Below, one piece after another: positions 49,493-60,625 of a DNA stretch of 64,000 bases (position 1 is the stretch's first letter; every line of letters begins with the position of its first letter). Origin of the DNA: an uncultured Chloroflexia bacterium (GTDB lineage: Bacteria > Chloroflexota > Limnocylindria > Limnocylindrales > CSP1-4); NCBI GenBank assembly GCA_963813705.1, contig CAWFAH010000007.1, positions 32,336 to 96,335 of the forward strand, written 5' to 3'. The notes under the pieces are model-generated. The model did not search any database, was not told the origin of the DNA, and worked only from the letters and a program-made list of their open reading frames with translations. Made by a program: the position numbers and the translations under genes.

Positions 49493-50016
49493 CGGGCGGG
49501 ATCCGCGGTATCCGGCGCGGCGGTCGCCGGCGCGGGCTCCGGGGCGGACCCGAGCGCGGCCGCGGCGGCCGCGATCGCCTCGACGATCGGCCGGTAGCCG
49601 GTGCAGCGGCAGATGTTCCCGGACAAGGCCCGGGCGATCTCGTCGGCGGTCGGGGCCGGGTTCGCGTCGAGCAGGGCCTTCGCGACCATGACCATGCCCG
49701 GCGTGCAGTAGCCGCACTGGAACGCGCCACCGTCGAGGAACGCCTGCTGGATCGGGTGAAGCCCCTCGATCGGGGTCAGCGCCTCGAGCGTGGTGACGTG
49801 CCGGCCGGCCACGTCCTCGACCGGCAGGAGGCAGGACAGCATCGGCCGGCCGTCGACGAGGACGGTGCAGCTGCCGCAGCCGCCCTGCCGGCAGCCCTCC
49901 TTCGTGGCGCTCGCTCCGAGCTGGGTGCGGAGCACCGCCTGCAGGGTCGTCATGGGCCGGACCATGACTTCGACCTCGCGCTCGCCGAGCGTGAACGTGA
50001 CGATCGTCGACGTCAT
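49489..50016 (-). CDS. (2Fe-2S) subunit of Mo hydroxylase
   Basis: KEGCRQGGCGSCTV, QCGYCTPG and GNICRC motifs. Confidence 0.93.
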   Translation of the reverse strand: MTSTIVTFTLGEREVEVMVRPMTTLQAVLRTQLGASATKEGCRQGGCGSCTVLVDGRPMLSCLLPVEDVAGRHVTTLEALTPIEGLHPIQQAFLDGGAFQCGYCTPGMVMVAKALLDANPAPTADEIARALSGNICRCTGYRPIVEAIAAAAAALGSAPEPAPATAAPDTADPAR

Positions 50017-50887
50017 CGCCGGCGGTCTCCGGGCCGGCCATCGCCGGGCCGGCCCGCCGCGGCCAGCTGCTCGAGGATGCGGCCGACGAACAGGCGCGTC
50101 ATCCGGCGGCGATACCACTCGCTGGCGATCGCGTCGGTCGCCGGCTCGGACTCGTCCGCGGCGAGGGCGGCCGCGGCGGCGACCGTCTCGGCGTCGAGGC
50201 TCGTCCCGACGAGGAGGCTGCTCGGCGTCGCGGGCGCGGATGGGATGCGGTCCGACGGCACCCGAGCGCGATGCGCGCGTCGGCGACCCGGTCCCCGTCC
50301 CACGCGACGCGGGCGGCGACGGTCACCACGGCCGGCGTGTTGGCGTGCTTGCGCCCGAACTTGACGAAGGCGGTCGCGTCCGGCCGGATCGGAACGCCGA
50401 TCTCGACGAGCAGCTCGTCCTCGGCCAGCCGGTTCGTGAGGAAGCCCGTGAAGAAATCGGCGAGCGGCATCGTCCGCTCGCCCTCGGGACCGGCGAGGGT
50501 CACCTCGGCGTCCAGGGCGAGCAGCGCGACGGCGACGTCGCCGCCGGGCGGTGGGGTGAACAGGTTGCCGCCGACCGTTCCCATGTTCCGGACCGACCAG
50601 CTGGCCGTGCTCGCCGCCGCGTCGCGGAGCAGCGGGACGGCGTCCTGGCCGGCGAGCTGGGTGAGGGTCGCGGTGGCCCCGATCCGGAGCGCGCCGTCCC
50701 GCCGCTCGAGGCCGTCCAGGCCGGCCCGGCGCAGGCCCATCACCACCTCCGGCAGCGAGATGCCGTCGTTGATCAGCGGCATCGCGACGGTGCCGCCGGC
50801 GACCACGAGCAGCTCCGAACCATGGCGGGTGAGCAGGTCGAGCGCCTCGGCCTTCGAGCGCGGCAGGAAGTAGCTCGCGACGGTCAC
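50013..50887 (-). CDS. FAD-binding subunit of Mo hydroxylase (frameshift near 50262)
   Basis: YFLP, AGGT, VRNMGTVGGN, ARIALG and DAIASEWYRR motifs. Confidence 0.88.
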
Positions 50888-51402
50888 CGCGAGGTCCCCG
50901 GCGTTCCAGGTGCGGTGGCGGGCGTTCCCGGGGTCGCGGCGGGACGGCCGACTGCCTCGCCAGGTGGCTCCGCGCGCAGTCGCGCGTCGAGGTTGCCGAG
51001 GCCCTGGCCGATCAGCGTCCCGGCGAGACCCTCGGCGAAGCGGCTGTCGAGCCGCGCGAGTGGGCCGCCGAGCTCCGCCTGGCCGTCGTACTCGACGGTC
51101 GTCCCGCCATCCGCCTCGGCGAGTCGGAAGGTCGCCCAGCCACGGATCGACCCGGGCCGCCCGACCACCTCGCCCAGGAGCCGACCGGCCGCCGGTGGCT
51201 CGGTGTCGACGAGTCGGACCGTCGTCCGGAAGCTCCCGGCGATGCCCGGCAGGCGGAGGGCGATCTCGCCGTGGTACTCGTCGCCGACCTGTTCGATCGA
51301 CCGGCAGCCGGGGATGACAGCGAGGAGGGATCCCGGATCGCAGATTGCCGCGAAGACCCGGTCGCGCGGCGCCTCGAGCGTGCGACTGCCGTGGATCCTC
51401 AT
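50884..51402 (-). CDS. coxG: CoxG / SRPBCC family protein
   Basis: APRDRVF..ICDP..L..VIPGC and GGPLARL motifs. First gene of the Mo hydroxylase operon. Confidence 0.85.
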   Translation of the reverse strand: MRIHGSRTLEAPRDRVFAAICDPGSLLAVIPGCRSIEQVGDEYHGEIALRLPGIAGSFRTTVRLVDTEPPAAGRLLGEVVGRPGSIRGWATFRLAEADGGTTVEYDGQAELGGPLARLDSRFAEGLAGTLIGQGLGNLDARLRAEPPGEAVGRPAATPGTPATAPGTPGTSR

Positions 51403-51423
51403 CGGGGTCGGCTCACCCGACCC

Positions 51424-51455
51424 ATGGTAGTCGTGGTCAACTTGATCGACCTACC
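51424..51455. promoter_or_regulatory. divergent promoter region with imperfect inverted repeat
   Basis: ggtagtcg-tggtcaa-c-ttgat-cgacctacc, with TACCAT -10 on the - strand. Confidence 0.4.
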
Positions 51456-51481
51456 CACCCTGCAGCCTCCCGAGGTCGACC

Positions 51482-51769
51482 ATGATCGAGCGGCACATCA
51501 CGTTCAATGTCCATCCCGAGGCGACCGCCGCGTTCGAGCGGTTCTTCGCCGATACGTACCGGGCGGCGATGACCGAATCGCCCGGCTTCGTGCGCGCGGA
51601 GCTCCTCCGCGAGGCGGACAGCCCGACGCGCTACCAGATGGTCCTCCGCTTCGCCGACGCGGACAGCGCGGCCGGCTGGCGCACGTCGGCGGTGCACCAG
51701 GCCCTCCAGCCCGAGCTGATCACGCTGTACACGACGAACGAGATCGCGACCTACGAGGTGATCGGCTGA
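51482..51769 (+). CDS. antibiotic biosynthesis monooxygenase (ABM) family protein
   Basis: Dimeric alpha/beta barrel pattern PGFVRAELL...W..S..HQ. Confidence 0.82.
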   Translation: MIERHITFNVHPEATAAFERFFADTYRAAMTESPGFVRAELLREADSPTRYQMVLRFADADSAAGWRTSAVHQALQPELITLYTTNEIATYEVIG

Positions 51770-51905
51770 CCGTCGGGACGGGTCAGCCCGCACGGCCGGG
51801 TGTCGCGGCGGCTCGCGGCGGCGCCGGGGCGCCGTGGTGCCGGTCGCGCGGCGCGAATAAGATGGGTCCCGTCCGCCGGCCTCGCGCGCACGATCCGGAG
51901 GCGTC

Positions 51906-52859
51906 ATGACCCTCAACCTCAACGGCCTGATCCCGGCGACCGTCCTGCCGATGCACGCCGACGGCGGCATCGACGAGGCGGCGCTGCGGTCCTACATCGG
52001 CTGGATCGCCGGCCAGGGACCCGTGGCGCTGGCCATCAACGTCGACACCGGCGAGGGTCCCCACCTCAGCCACGACGAGAAGGTGCGCGTCCTGCACGTC
52101 GTCCGCGAGACGACCGACCTGCCGATTGTCGCGGGCCTCGCCGGGCCGTCCACCGACGCCGCCGTCCGCCAGGCGCGCGACTTCAAGGCGGCCGGCGCCG
52201 ACGCGCTGCTCGTCTTCCCGATCCCGGCCTACCTGAGCGAGCCGCTCGATCCGCGGGTCCCGGTGCTCTACCACCAGGCCATCGCCGAGGTCGGGCTGCC
52301 GCTGATCCTGTTCCAGCTGCAGCCCGCGCTCGCCGGGCTGAACTTCGCGCCCGACACGCTGCGGGCGATGGCCTCGGTCGAGGGCGTCGTGGCGATCAAG
52401 GAGGCGTCGTTCGACGCCCGGCGCTTCGTCGACACCGCCCGGCTGATCGCGGAGCTGCCCCGGCCGATCACCCTGCTGACCGGCAACGACAACTTCATCC
52501 TCGAGTCGTTCATGCTCGGTGCGACGGGCGCCCTGATCGGCTTCGGGGCGGTCATGACCCGCGAGCAGGTCGCCATGATCGACGCCTGGAACGCCGGCCG
52601 GATCGACGAGGCGCGCGCGCTCGGGACCCGCGTCCAGCGGCTGGCCGACGCCGTGTTCGCCGAGCCCGTGGGCGACTATCGGGTACGGCTCAAGGAGTGC
52701 CTGCGCATCCTCGGCGTCATCGAGGCGGCCCACGTCCGCCGTCCGCTCCTCCCGCTCGACGACGCCGAGCGGGAACGGCTCGCGGGCGTGCTGGCCGAGG
52801 TCGGGCTGCTGCCGGGTGGCGCGCCGGCCGCGCGGCCGGTCGGGGCGGCGGCGGGCTAG
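51906..52859 (+). CDS. dihydrodipicolinate synthase (DapA-like) family aldolase/dehydratase
   Basis: GLIPA..LP, DTGEG, AGADALL, Schiff-base AIKEAS and LLTGND motifs. Confidence 0.88.
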   Translation: MTLNLNGLIPATVLPMHADGGIDEAALRSYIGWIAGQGPVALAINVDTGEGPHLSHDEKVRVLHVVRETTDLPIVAGLAGPSTDAAVRQARDFKAAGADALLVFPIPAYLSEPLDPRVPVLYHQAIAEVGLPLILFQLQPALAGLNFAPDTLRAMASVEGVVAIKEASFDARRFVDTARLIAELPRPITLLTGNDNFILESFMLGATGALIGFGAVMTREQVAMIDAWNAGRIDEARALGTRVQRLADAVFAEPVGDYRVRLKECLRILGVIEAAHVRRPLLPLDDAERERLAGVLAEVGLLPGGAPAARPVGAAAG

Positions 52860-52894
52860 GGTCGGCCAGTCGCGGCAGACGAGGAGGAGTCCGT

Positions 52895-54508
52895 TTGGCG
52901 AGCCAACCTGCAGACGTCCTGATCGTCGGCGCCGGCGCGTCGGGCGGCGTCGTCGCGCGTCGGCTGGCCGAAGCCGGGTTCTCGGTCGTCTGCCTGGAGC
53001 AGGGCGACTGGCACGACCGGAGCGAGTACCGCGGCGCCGAGCTCGACTGGGAGCTCACGATGCGCAAGCAGTGGTCGACGAGCCCGAACGTTCGCGAGCT
53101 CCCGGAGGACTACCCGATCGACGAGGCCGACGCCGAGGTCTCGCCGCTGATGTTCTCGGCCGTCGGCGGCTCGATGCTGATCTTCGCGGGCGCCTGGCCG
53201 CGGATGCTGCCGTCGGACTTCCGCGTCCGCTCGCTCGATGGCGTGGCCGACGACTGGCCGCTGACCTACGACGAGCTGCTGCCGTACTACGAGCGGAGCG
53301 ACCGGCAGTTCGGCGTCTCGGGGATGGGCGGCGACCCGGCCTATCCGGCCGGCGGCGAGGACCCGCCGCTGCCGCCGCTGCCGATCGGGGCCGGTGGGCT
53401 GAAGGTCGCCCGCGCCCATACCCGGCTCGGCTGGCACTGGTGGCCGGAGCCGAACTCGATCCTGTCCGTCGCGTACGACGGGCGCCACCCGTGCGTCCAG
53501 CGCGGCACCTGCCAGCAGGGCTGCGGCGAGGGTGCCAAGGCGTCGACCGACCTGACCCACTGGCCGAAGGCGATCGCCGCCGGGGCGCGCCTCGTGACAG
53601 GAGCCCGGGTGCGGCGCCTCGAGACGAATGCCGCCGGGCTGGTGACCGGCGCCACCTGGGTCGACCGCGACGGCGGCGAACACTTCGAGGCGGCCCAGGT
53701 CGTCGTCCTCGCGGCGAACGCGATCGGCACGCCGCGGCTGCTCCTGCTGTCCGCTTCCGGCGCGCAGCCGGACGGGCTGGCGAACTCATCCGGCCTCGTC
53801 GGCCGGCGCCTGATGATGCACCCCTTCGCCAACGTCGGCGGGCTGTTCGACGAGGACCTCGAGAGCTGGCAGGGCCAGTTCGGCTGCTCGATCGAGTCGT
53901 TCGAGTTCTACGAGACCGACGAGAAGCGCGGCTTCGTCCGCGGCGCCAAGTGGGGGCTCGCGCCCACCTTCGGGCCGATCAACGCCGCCCTGCCGACCCG
54001 GGCCGGCGCGAAGACCTGGGGCCCCGACCACCACCTCCACGTCCGTGCGCATCTCGGCCGCGGGGCGAACTGGGGCCTGTTCGGCGAGGACCTGCCGGAC
54101 GAGGCGAACCAGGTGACGCTGTCCGGGTCGCTCACCGACTCGTCGGGGATCGCCGCGCCCGAGATCCACTACCAGGTCTCGGACAACTCGCGCCGGCTGC
54201 TCGACTTCCACATCGAGAAGGCGTCCGAGTCGCTGCGCGAGGCCGGCGCGTACACGGTCGAGGTCGACCGGCTGATGCGCTACTCGGGCTGGCACCTGCT
54301 CGGCACGGCCCGGATGGGCGACGATCCCGCGACCTCGGTCCTCGACCGCTGGAACCGGACCCACGACGTCCCCAACCTGTACGTCGTCGACGGCAGCTGC
54401 TTCGTGACCTCGGCCGGGGTGAACCCGACCTCGTCGATCTGCGCGCTCGCCCTGCGTGCGGCGGACCACATGGTCGAGACCCGGTTGGATCAGCAGGTGC
54501 CCGTGTGA
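52895..54508 (+). CDS. GMC-family oxidoreductase
   Basis: IVGAGASG, VGGS, TPRLLLLS, HLLGTARMG, NLYVVDGS and NPT motifs. TTG start after GAGGAGG. Confidence 0.92.
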   Translation: MASQPADVLIVGAGASGGVVARRLAEAGFSVVCLEQGDWHDRSEYRGAELDWELTMRKQWSTSPNVRELPEDYPIDEADAEVSPLMFSAVGGSMLIFAGAWPRMLPSDFRVRSLDGVADDWPLTYDELLPYYERSDRQFGVSGMGGDPAYPAGGEDPPLPPLPIGAGGLKVARAHTRLGWHWWPEPNSILSVAYDGRHPCVQRGTCQQGCGEGAKASTDLTHWPKAIAAGARLVTGARVRRLETNAAGLVTGATWVDRDGGEHFEAAQVVVLAANAIGTPRLLLLSASGAQPDGLANSSGLVGRRLMMHPFANVGGLFDEDLESWQGQFGCSIESFEFYETDEKRGFVRGAKWGLAPTFGPINAALPTRAGAKTWGPDHHLHVRAHLGRGANWGLFGEDLPDEANQVTLSGSLTDSSGIAAPEIHYQVSDNSRRLLDFHIEKASESLREAGAYTVEVDRLMRYSGWHLLGTARMGDDPATSVLDRWNRTHDVPNLYVVDGSCFVTSAGVNPTSSICALALRAADHMVETRLDQQVPV

Positions 54509-54975
54509 CGGCGTCCGGGACCCCGGCCGATCCGCTGGCGACGATCGACGACGGCCGTCGGGCGATCTTCGCCGCCGTGGCCGACCACCTCATCCCCGCG
54601 GCGCACGGGATGCCGTCGGCGGGCGCCGTCGTCGGCGAGGCGCGTCTCCGGTTCGTGCTCGACGCCCGGCCCGACCTGGCCGAGCCGCTGGCTGCCGCGC
54701 TGCGACCGGAGCTCGGGGACGACCCCGCCGCCCGCCTGGCGACCCTCGAGCGCGACGAGCCGGCGAACCACGCGGCGCTGCTGCTCGCCGTGGTCGGCGG
54801 CTACTACACCGACGCGGACGTCCGCGACCGGCTCGGCTACCCGGGCCAGGTGGCGAAGCAGCTCTATTCCTGGCAGTACCCCGCCTACCTCGCCGAGGGC
54901 CTCACCGACCAGGTGCTCGCCCGCGGCCCGATCTGGCGCGACCCGGCCACCGGCCGCCGGGCCGAGCCGCGCTGA
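54505..54975 (+). CDS. gluconate 2-dehydrogenase subunit 3-like protein
   Basis: ADHLIP....PSA and GGYYT...LGYPG motifs. GTGA overlap with the GMC gene. Confidence 0.78.
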   Translation: MTASGTPADPLATIDDGRRAIFAAVADHLIPAAHGMPSAGAVVGEARLRFVLDARPDLAEPLAAALRPELGDDPAARLATLERDEPANHAALLLAVVGGYYTDADVRDRLGYPGQVAKQLYSWQYPAYLAEGLTDQVLARGPIWRDPATGRRAEPR

Positions 54976-55007
54976 CCCCGCCGCCAAGCCCAGCAGGAGA
55001 CACCCCG

Positions 55008-56465
55008 ATGGTCGCACCCGCCTCGACGACATGGCTGGACCCCTTCCTCGCGGATTGGCGGCCGGGCTCGGGCGAATCGCTCGACGACCGTGAGCCGGCG
55101 ACCGGCATCCACCTCCTGACGATCCCGGGGTCGACGCCGGGGGACGTCGCGCGGGCGGCCGCCGCGGCCGCCGCGGCGCAGCCGGCCTGGGCGGAGACGA
55201 GCTACCAGGAGCGGGCGCGGATCCTGCGCCGGGCGGCGGAGATCTACGACGCGCACCGCGATGAGTTCGGCAGCTGGACGATGCGCGAGACGGGCGCCTC
55301 GCACAGCAAGATGCACCACGAGCAGAACTTCGCCTACCAGGAGCTGCTGAACGCGGCGACCATGCCGTCGCAGCCGTACGGCTCGCTCATGCCGACCGCG
55401 CAGAAGGGCCGCCTGTCGATGGTCCGTCGCGTCCCGGTCGGCGTCGTCGGCGCGATCACCCCGTGGAACTCGCCGACCGTGCTCGGGATGCGCGTGGTCG
55501 CCCCGGCGCTCGCGCTCGGCAACGCCGTCGTCCTCAAGCCGGACCCGCAGACGCCGGTCGCCGGCGGGGCGATCTTCGCCGCGGTGTTCGCCGAGGCCGG
55601 CCTGCCCGAGGGCCTCCTCCAGGTCGTCGTCGGCGGCGCCGACGCGGGCGAGGCGATCGTCACCGACCCGGCGGTCGCGCTCGTGTCGTTCACGGGGTCG
55701 ACGGCCGCGGGGCGGCGGGTCGGCCAGCTCGCCGGCGGGCTGCTCAAGAAGGTGTCGCTCGAGCTGGGCGGGAACAACGCGTTCGTCGTGCTCGACGACG
55801 CGGACCTCGACGCCGCCGCCGCCGCGGGCGCCTTCGCCTCGTTCCAGTTCATGGGCCAGGTCTGCTTCGCGGCCGGCCGCCACATCGTCCATCGCAGCGT
55901 CGCCCGGGACTACGTCGACGCGCTGACCGAGAAGGCGCGCCGGCTCCGGCTCGGCGATCCGTACCGCGAGGACGTCCAGCTCGGTCCGATCGTCAACGAG
56001 AAGCAGCTCGCGCGGGTCGACGGGATCGTGCGCCGATCCGTCGAGGGCGGCGCCCGGCTGGCCGAGGGCGGCACGCACGAGGGCCTGTTCTACCGCCCGA
56101 CGGTGCTCGCCGACGTGACGACCGACCTGCCGGCCTGGACCGACGAGATCTTCGGGCCGGTCGCCCCGGTCATCACCTTCGACACGGACGACGAAGCGAT
56201 CGCGCTGGCGAACGCGAGCGAGTACGGCCTCGTCGCCTCCGTGTACAGCCGCTCGATCTCGCACGGGCTCGCCATCGCGAACCGGATCCGGGCCGGCATG
56301 GTCCACGTCAACGACGGGACGCTCAACGACGAGGCGATTATCCCGTTCGGCGGGATGGGCGCCTCGGGCAACGGCAGCCGGTTCGGCGGGGAGGCCAACT
56401 TCGACACGTTCACGGAGTGGCAGTGGGTGACCGTCCGGGACGAGCCGCCGTCGTTCCCGTTCTGA
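55008..56465 (+). CDS. aldehyde dehydrogenase (benzaldehyde dehydrogenase-like)
   Basis: ITPWN, VLKP, FTGST, LELGG, GQVC, EIFGP and PFGG motifs. Confidence 0.93.
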   Translation: MVAPASTTWLDPFLADWRPGSGESLDDREPATGIHLLTIPGSTPGDVARAAAAAAAAQPAWAETSYQERARILRRAAEIYDAHRDEFGSWTMRETGASHSKMHHEQNFAYQELLNAATMPSQPYGSLMPTAQKGRLSMVRRVPVGVVGAITPWNSPTVLGMRVVAPALALGNAVVLKPDPQTPVAGGAIFAAVFAEAGLPEGLLQVVVGGADAGEAIVTDPAVALVSFTGSTAAGRRVGQLAGGLLKKVSLELGGNNAFVVLDDADLDAAAAAGAFASFQFMGQVCFAAGRHIVHRSVARDYVDALTEKARRLRLGDPYREDVQLGPIVNEKQLARVDGIVRRSVEGGARLAEGGTHEGLFYRPTVLADVTTDLPAWTDEIFGPVAPVITFDTDDEAIALANASEYGLVASVYSRSISHGLAIANRIRAGMVHVNDGTLNDEAIIPFGGMGASGNGSRFGGEANFDTFTEWQWVTVRDEPPSFPF

Positions 56466-57220
56466 TGGGCGATGCGCTCGCCGGCCGGGTCGTGCTGGTC
56501 ACCGGGAGCAGCCGCGGCATCGGCGCCGAGGTCGCGGTCAAGGCCGCCGCGGAGGGTGCCGTCGTGGCGGTCCACTACCGCACGTCGGCCGAGGGCGCCG
56601 AGCGGACGCTGGCCCGGGCGCGGGACGCCGGCGCCGAGGCGGACGGGTTCGCCGCCGACCTCGCCGACGGCGACCAGGCCGAGGACCTGGTCCGGCGGGT
56701 CATCGAGCGCTTCGGCCGGCTCGACGGCCTGGTCAACAACGCCGGGCGGACGCTCGTCGGGCCGTTCCTCGACGTCCAGCCCAGCGAGTGGGACGAAGTC
56801 ATCCGGACCGACCTGACGGCGGCCTTCCACACCTGCCGCGCGGCGCTGCCCGGGATGGTCGAGCGCGGCAGCGGCACGATCGTCAACGTCGCCTCGCGAC
56901 TCGGCCAGATGGGCGTCGCCGAGACCGCCGCCTACAGCGCCGCGAAGGCCGGGCTCATCGGCCTGACCCGGGCGCTCGCCCGCGAGTTCGGGCCGCGCGG
57001 GATCCGGGTCAACGCGGTGGCACCGGCGGTGACGGTGACCGAGATGACCGCCGATCTCGTCGACAGCGAGGAGGGCCGGCGCCGGCTGCGCGACATGCCG
57101 CTCGGGCGGTTCGGCCGCGCCGACGAGGTCGCCGACGCGGTGATCTTCCTGCTGTCCGACGCCTCCAGCCTGTTCCTCGGCCAGACGCTCAACCCGAACG
57201 CCGGGGGCTACATGCCGTGA
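56465..57220 (+). CDS. short-chain dehydrogenase/reductase (FabG-like)
   Basis: TGSSRGIG, NNAG and YSAAKAG motifs. Confidence 0.92.
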   Translation: MGDALAGRVVLVTGSSRGIGAEVAVKAAAEGAVVAVHYRTSAEGAERTLARARDAGAEADGFAADLADGDQAEDLVRRVIERFGRLDGLVNNAGRTLVGPFLDVQPSEWDEVIRTDLTAAFHTCRAALPGMVERGSGTIVNVASRLGQMGVAETAAYSAAKAGLIGLTRALAREFGPRGIRVNAVAPAVTVTEMTADLVDSEEGRRRLRDMPLGRFGRADEVADAVIFLLSDASSLFLGQTLNPNAGGYMP

Positions 57221-58772
57221 CGAAGGTGATCGACGTCCGCGCGGCGGTCGACCTCGTGCGCGACGGCAGCACGGTGGCGATCGGCGGCTCCGGCGCCGGC
57301 CACGCGCTGCCGCAGCGGTTCATCGACGAGCTGGCGACGGTGTTCGCCGCGCACGGCCGGCCGCGCGACCTGACCACGGTCCGGATCGTCGGCATCGGCG
57401 ACTTCGCCGACCGCGGCTTCTCGCAGCTCGGGCTGCCCGGGCTCATGCGCCGCACGATCGGGAGCAACATCGGCAATGAGCCGCGGCTCGGGGCGCTCGT
57501 CGAGGCGAACGAGATGGAGTCGTACTCGTTCCCGCAGGGCGTCCTGTCGCAGCTCATGCGCGAGATCGCGGCCGGCCGGCCCGGGCTCGTCACCGCGGTC
57601 GGCCTGGGGACCTACGTCGATCCGCGCCAGACGGGCGGCAAGCAGAACGCGGCCACGACCGAGGACCTCGTCGAGCTCGTCACGCTGCGCGGCCGTGAGT
57701 GGCTGCTCTACCACGCGTTCCCGATCGACGTCGCCGTCATCCGCGGCACGACCGCCGACGAGGACGGCAACCTGACGATGGAGGGCGAGGCGGTCCAGGG
57801 CGAGATGCTGGCGATGGCGATGGCCGCCCGCAACAGCGGTGGGATCGTGATCGCCCAGGTGCGCCAGCTGGCGACCCGCGGCAGCCTGCGGATGCGCGAC
57901 GTCCGGGTGCCCGGGGCGCTGGTCGACTACGTCTACGTCGATCCGGACCAGTGGCAGACCTACATCACCCGTGATTCGCCGTACTACGCCGGCGCCTTGC
58001 GCAAGCCGCCGGTCCCCGAGCCGCCGCTGCCGCTCGACGTGCGCAAGGTGATCGCCCGCCGCTCGCTCCTCGAGTTCCCGCCCGGCGCGATCTGCAACCT
58101 CGGGTTCGGGATCAGCCAGCTCATCGGGCGGGTGGCCTGGGAGGAGGGGATCAGCGACCGGCTGGTGCTGACCGTCGAGCAGGGCATCTTCGGTGGAGTC
58201 CCGGTCGCGGGGAACGAGGGCGGCGCCGGGTTCAATTACCAGGCGATGATCGACCAGCCGTACATGTTCGACTTCTACGACGGCGGCGGGCTCGACGTGG
58301 CGAGCCTGTCGTTCGCCGAGGTCGACGCCGAGGGGAACGTCAACGTGCATGCCTTCGAGGGCCGGGTCCGCGGCCCGGGCGGGTTCCCGAACATCAGCGC
58401 CCGGACGCCGCGGATCAACTTCGTGGGCACGCTCACGGCGCAGGGGCTGAAGCTCGAGATCGACGACGGCGTGCGCATCGTGACCGAGGGCAGCCTGGCC
58501 AAGTTCGTGCCCCGCGTGCGCGAGGTCTCGTTCAACGGTCACCTGGCCCGCGAGCGCGGCCAGCAGGTGCGCTACATCACCGAGCGGGCGGTGTTCGCCC
58601 TCGACGACGACGGGCTCGTGCTGATCGAGGTCGCGCCGGGCATCGACGTCGAGCGCGACGTGCTCGCCCGGATGGGCTTCCGGCCGCGGGTGGCGGAGGA
58701 CCTTCGGACGATGGATCGCCGGCTCTACGCGACCGGGCCGATGGGCCTGGCCGCGGACTTCGGGAGCGCCGG

Positions 58773-58776
<4 letters not shown>
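57217..58776 (+). CDS. acyl-CoA:acetate CoA transferase (fused alpha/beta, YdiF-like)
   Basis: PQGVLSQL.REIAAGRPG, GLGTYVDPR, NLGFG, catalytic VEQG, FDFYDGGGLD and YITERAVF motifs. Confidence 0.92.
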
Positions 58777-59550
<774 letters not shown>

Positions 59551-59581
59551 GGGCGTGCTGCATGCGGAGGGGTGATCGCAG

Positions 59582-60625
59582 ATGACCGACGTGGGCCGGT
59601 TCGGCGTCTTCCTGCCGTCCTATGTCTGGGAGGGCGACGGGCCGGAGCGAGCGCGCGGGATCAAGGCCTTCGCCCGACGCGTAGAGGAGCTCGGCTTCGA
59701 TTCGCTGTTCATCACCGACCACCTGCTGGCGGCGAAACGCTTCTACAGCGTCAACTGGCTCGAGCCGCTCACCACGCTCGCCGTGGCGGCCGGGGCGACC
59801 GAGCGGGTCCGGCTCGGGACCTCGATCCTGATCATGCCGCTGCGCAATCCGGTCATCCTGGCCAAGGAGCTGGCGACGCTCCAGTTCCTGTCCGACAACC
59901 GGGTCATCCTCGGCGCCGGCGTGGGCTGGAACGACGTGGAGTACGAGGCGGTGGGCGTCCACAAGTCGGAGCGCGGCAAGCGTACCGACGAGATGCTCGA
60001 CATCATGATGCCGCTGCTCGAGGGCGAGACCGTGAGCTACCACGGCACGTACTACGACGTCGACGACGTGTTCATCGAGCCGCGCACGACGCAGCGGCCG
60101 CTGCTCTGGATCGGCGGCGGATCGCAGCTCGCGGACCCCAAGTCGCCGGACGTGCCGCGGTTCGTCGGATCGGTCAAGGCGCGGACGGTGAAGGCCGACG
60201 GCTGGATCCCGCGGCCGACCTGCCCGCCGCCGGACATCGCCCGCGACTGGCAGGAGCTCCAGGCCGCCTTCCGCGCGGCCGGCCGGGACCCGGCCGACTG
60301 CCTGGTCGCGCACGAGAACTTCCTGCACCTGGTCCTGACCGACGACCCGGTCAAGGCGCGCGAGGAGCAGCACCGCGCGTTCCTCAAGGTCATGAGCAGC
60401 GAGCGCGGCGCGGACTACCTCGAGACGGTCTACCTGTTCGGGACGCCCGACGAGATCGTCGCCTCGCTCCAGGCGCGGGTGGACGCCGGCGTCGAGTACT
60501 TCTTCCTGCACACGATGACCCCCGACCCCGACCAGCTCCAGCTGTGGGTCGACGAGATCATCCCGAACGTGACGTTCCCGGCCACCGCCGGGCCCGTCCG
60601 CCGACCGCCGACTCCCTGGCGGTGA
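59582..60625 (+). CDS. LLM-class flavin/F420-dependent oxidoreductase
   Basis: GFDSLFITDH, TERVRLGT, RNPVILAKELAT and GAGVGW...EYEA motifs. Confidence 0.9.
   Translation: MTDVGRFGVFLPSYVWEGDGPERARGIKAFARRVEELGFDSLFITDHLLAAKRFYSVNWLEPLTTLAVAAGATERVRLGTSILIMPLRNPVILAKELATLQFLSDNRVILGAGVGWNDVEYEAVGVHKSERGKRTDEMLDIMMPLLEGETVSYHGTYYDVDDVFIEPRTTQRPLLWIGGGSQLADPKSPDVPRFVGSVKARTVKADGWIPRPTCPPPDIARDWQELQAAFRAAGRDPADCLVAHENFLHLVLTDDPVKAREEQHRAFLKVMSSERGADYLETVYLFGTPDEIVASLQARVDAGVEYFFLHTMTPDPDQLQLWVDEIIPNVTFPATAGPVRRPPTPWR

Noticed and set aside
47132-51402. Aerobic CO dehydrogenase (coxMSL)
   Set aside because: The active-site loop reads AMRGFG, not AYxCSFR or AYRGAGR. CoxG alone is not diagnostic.
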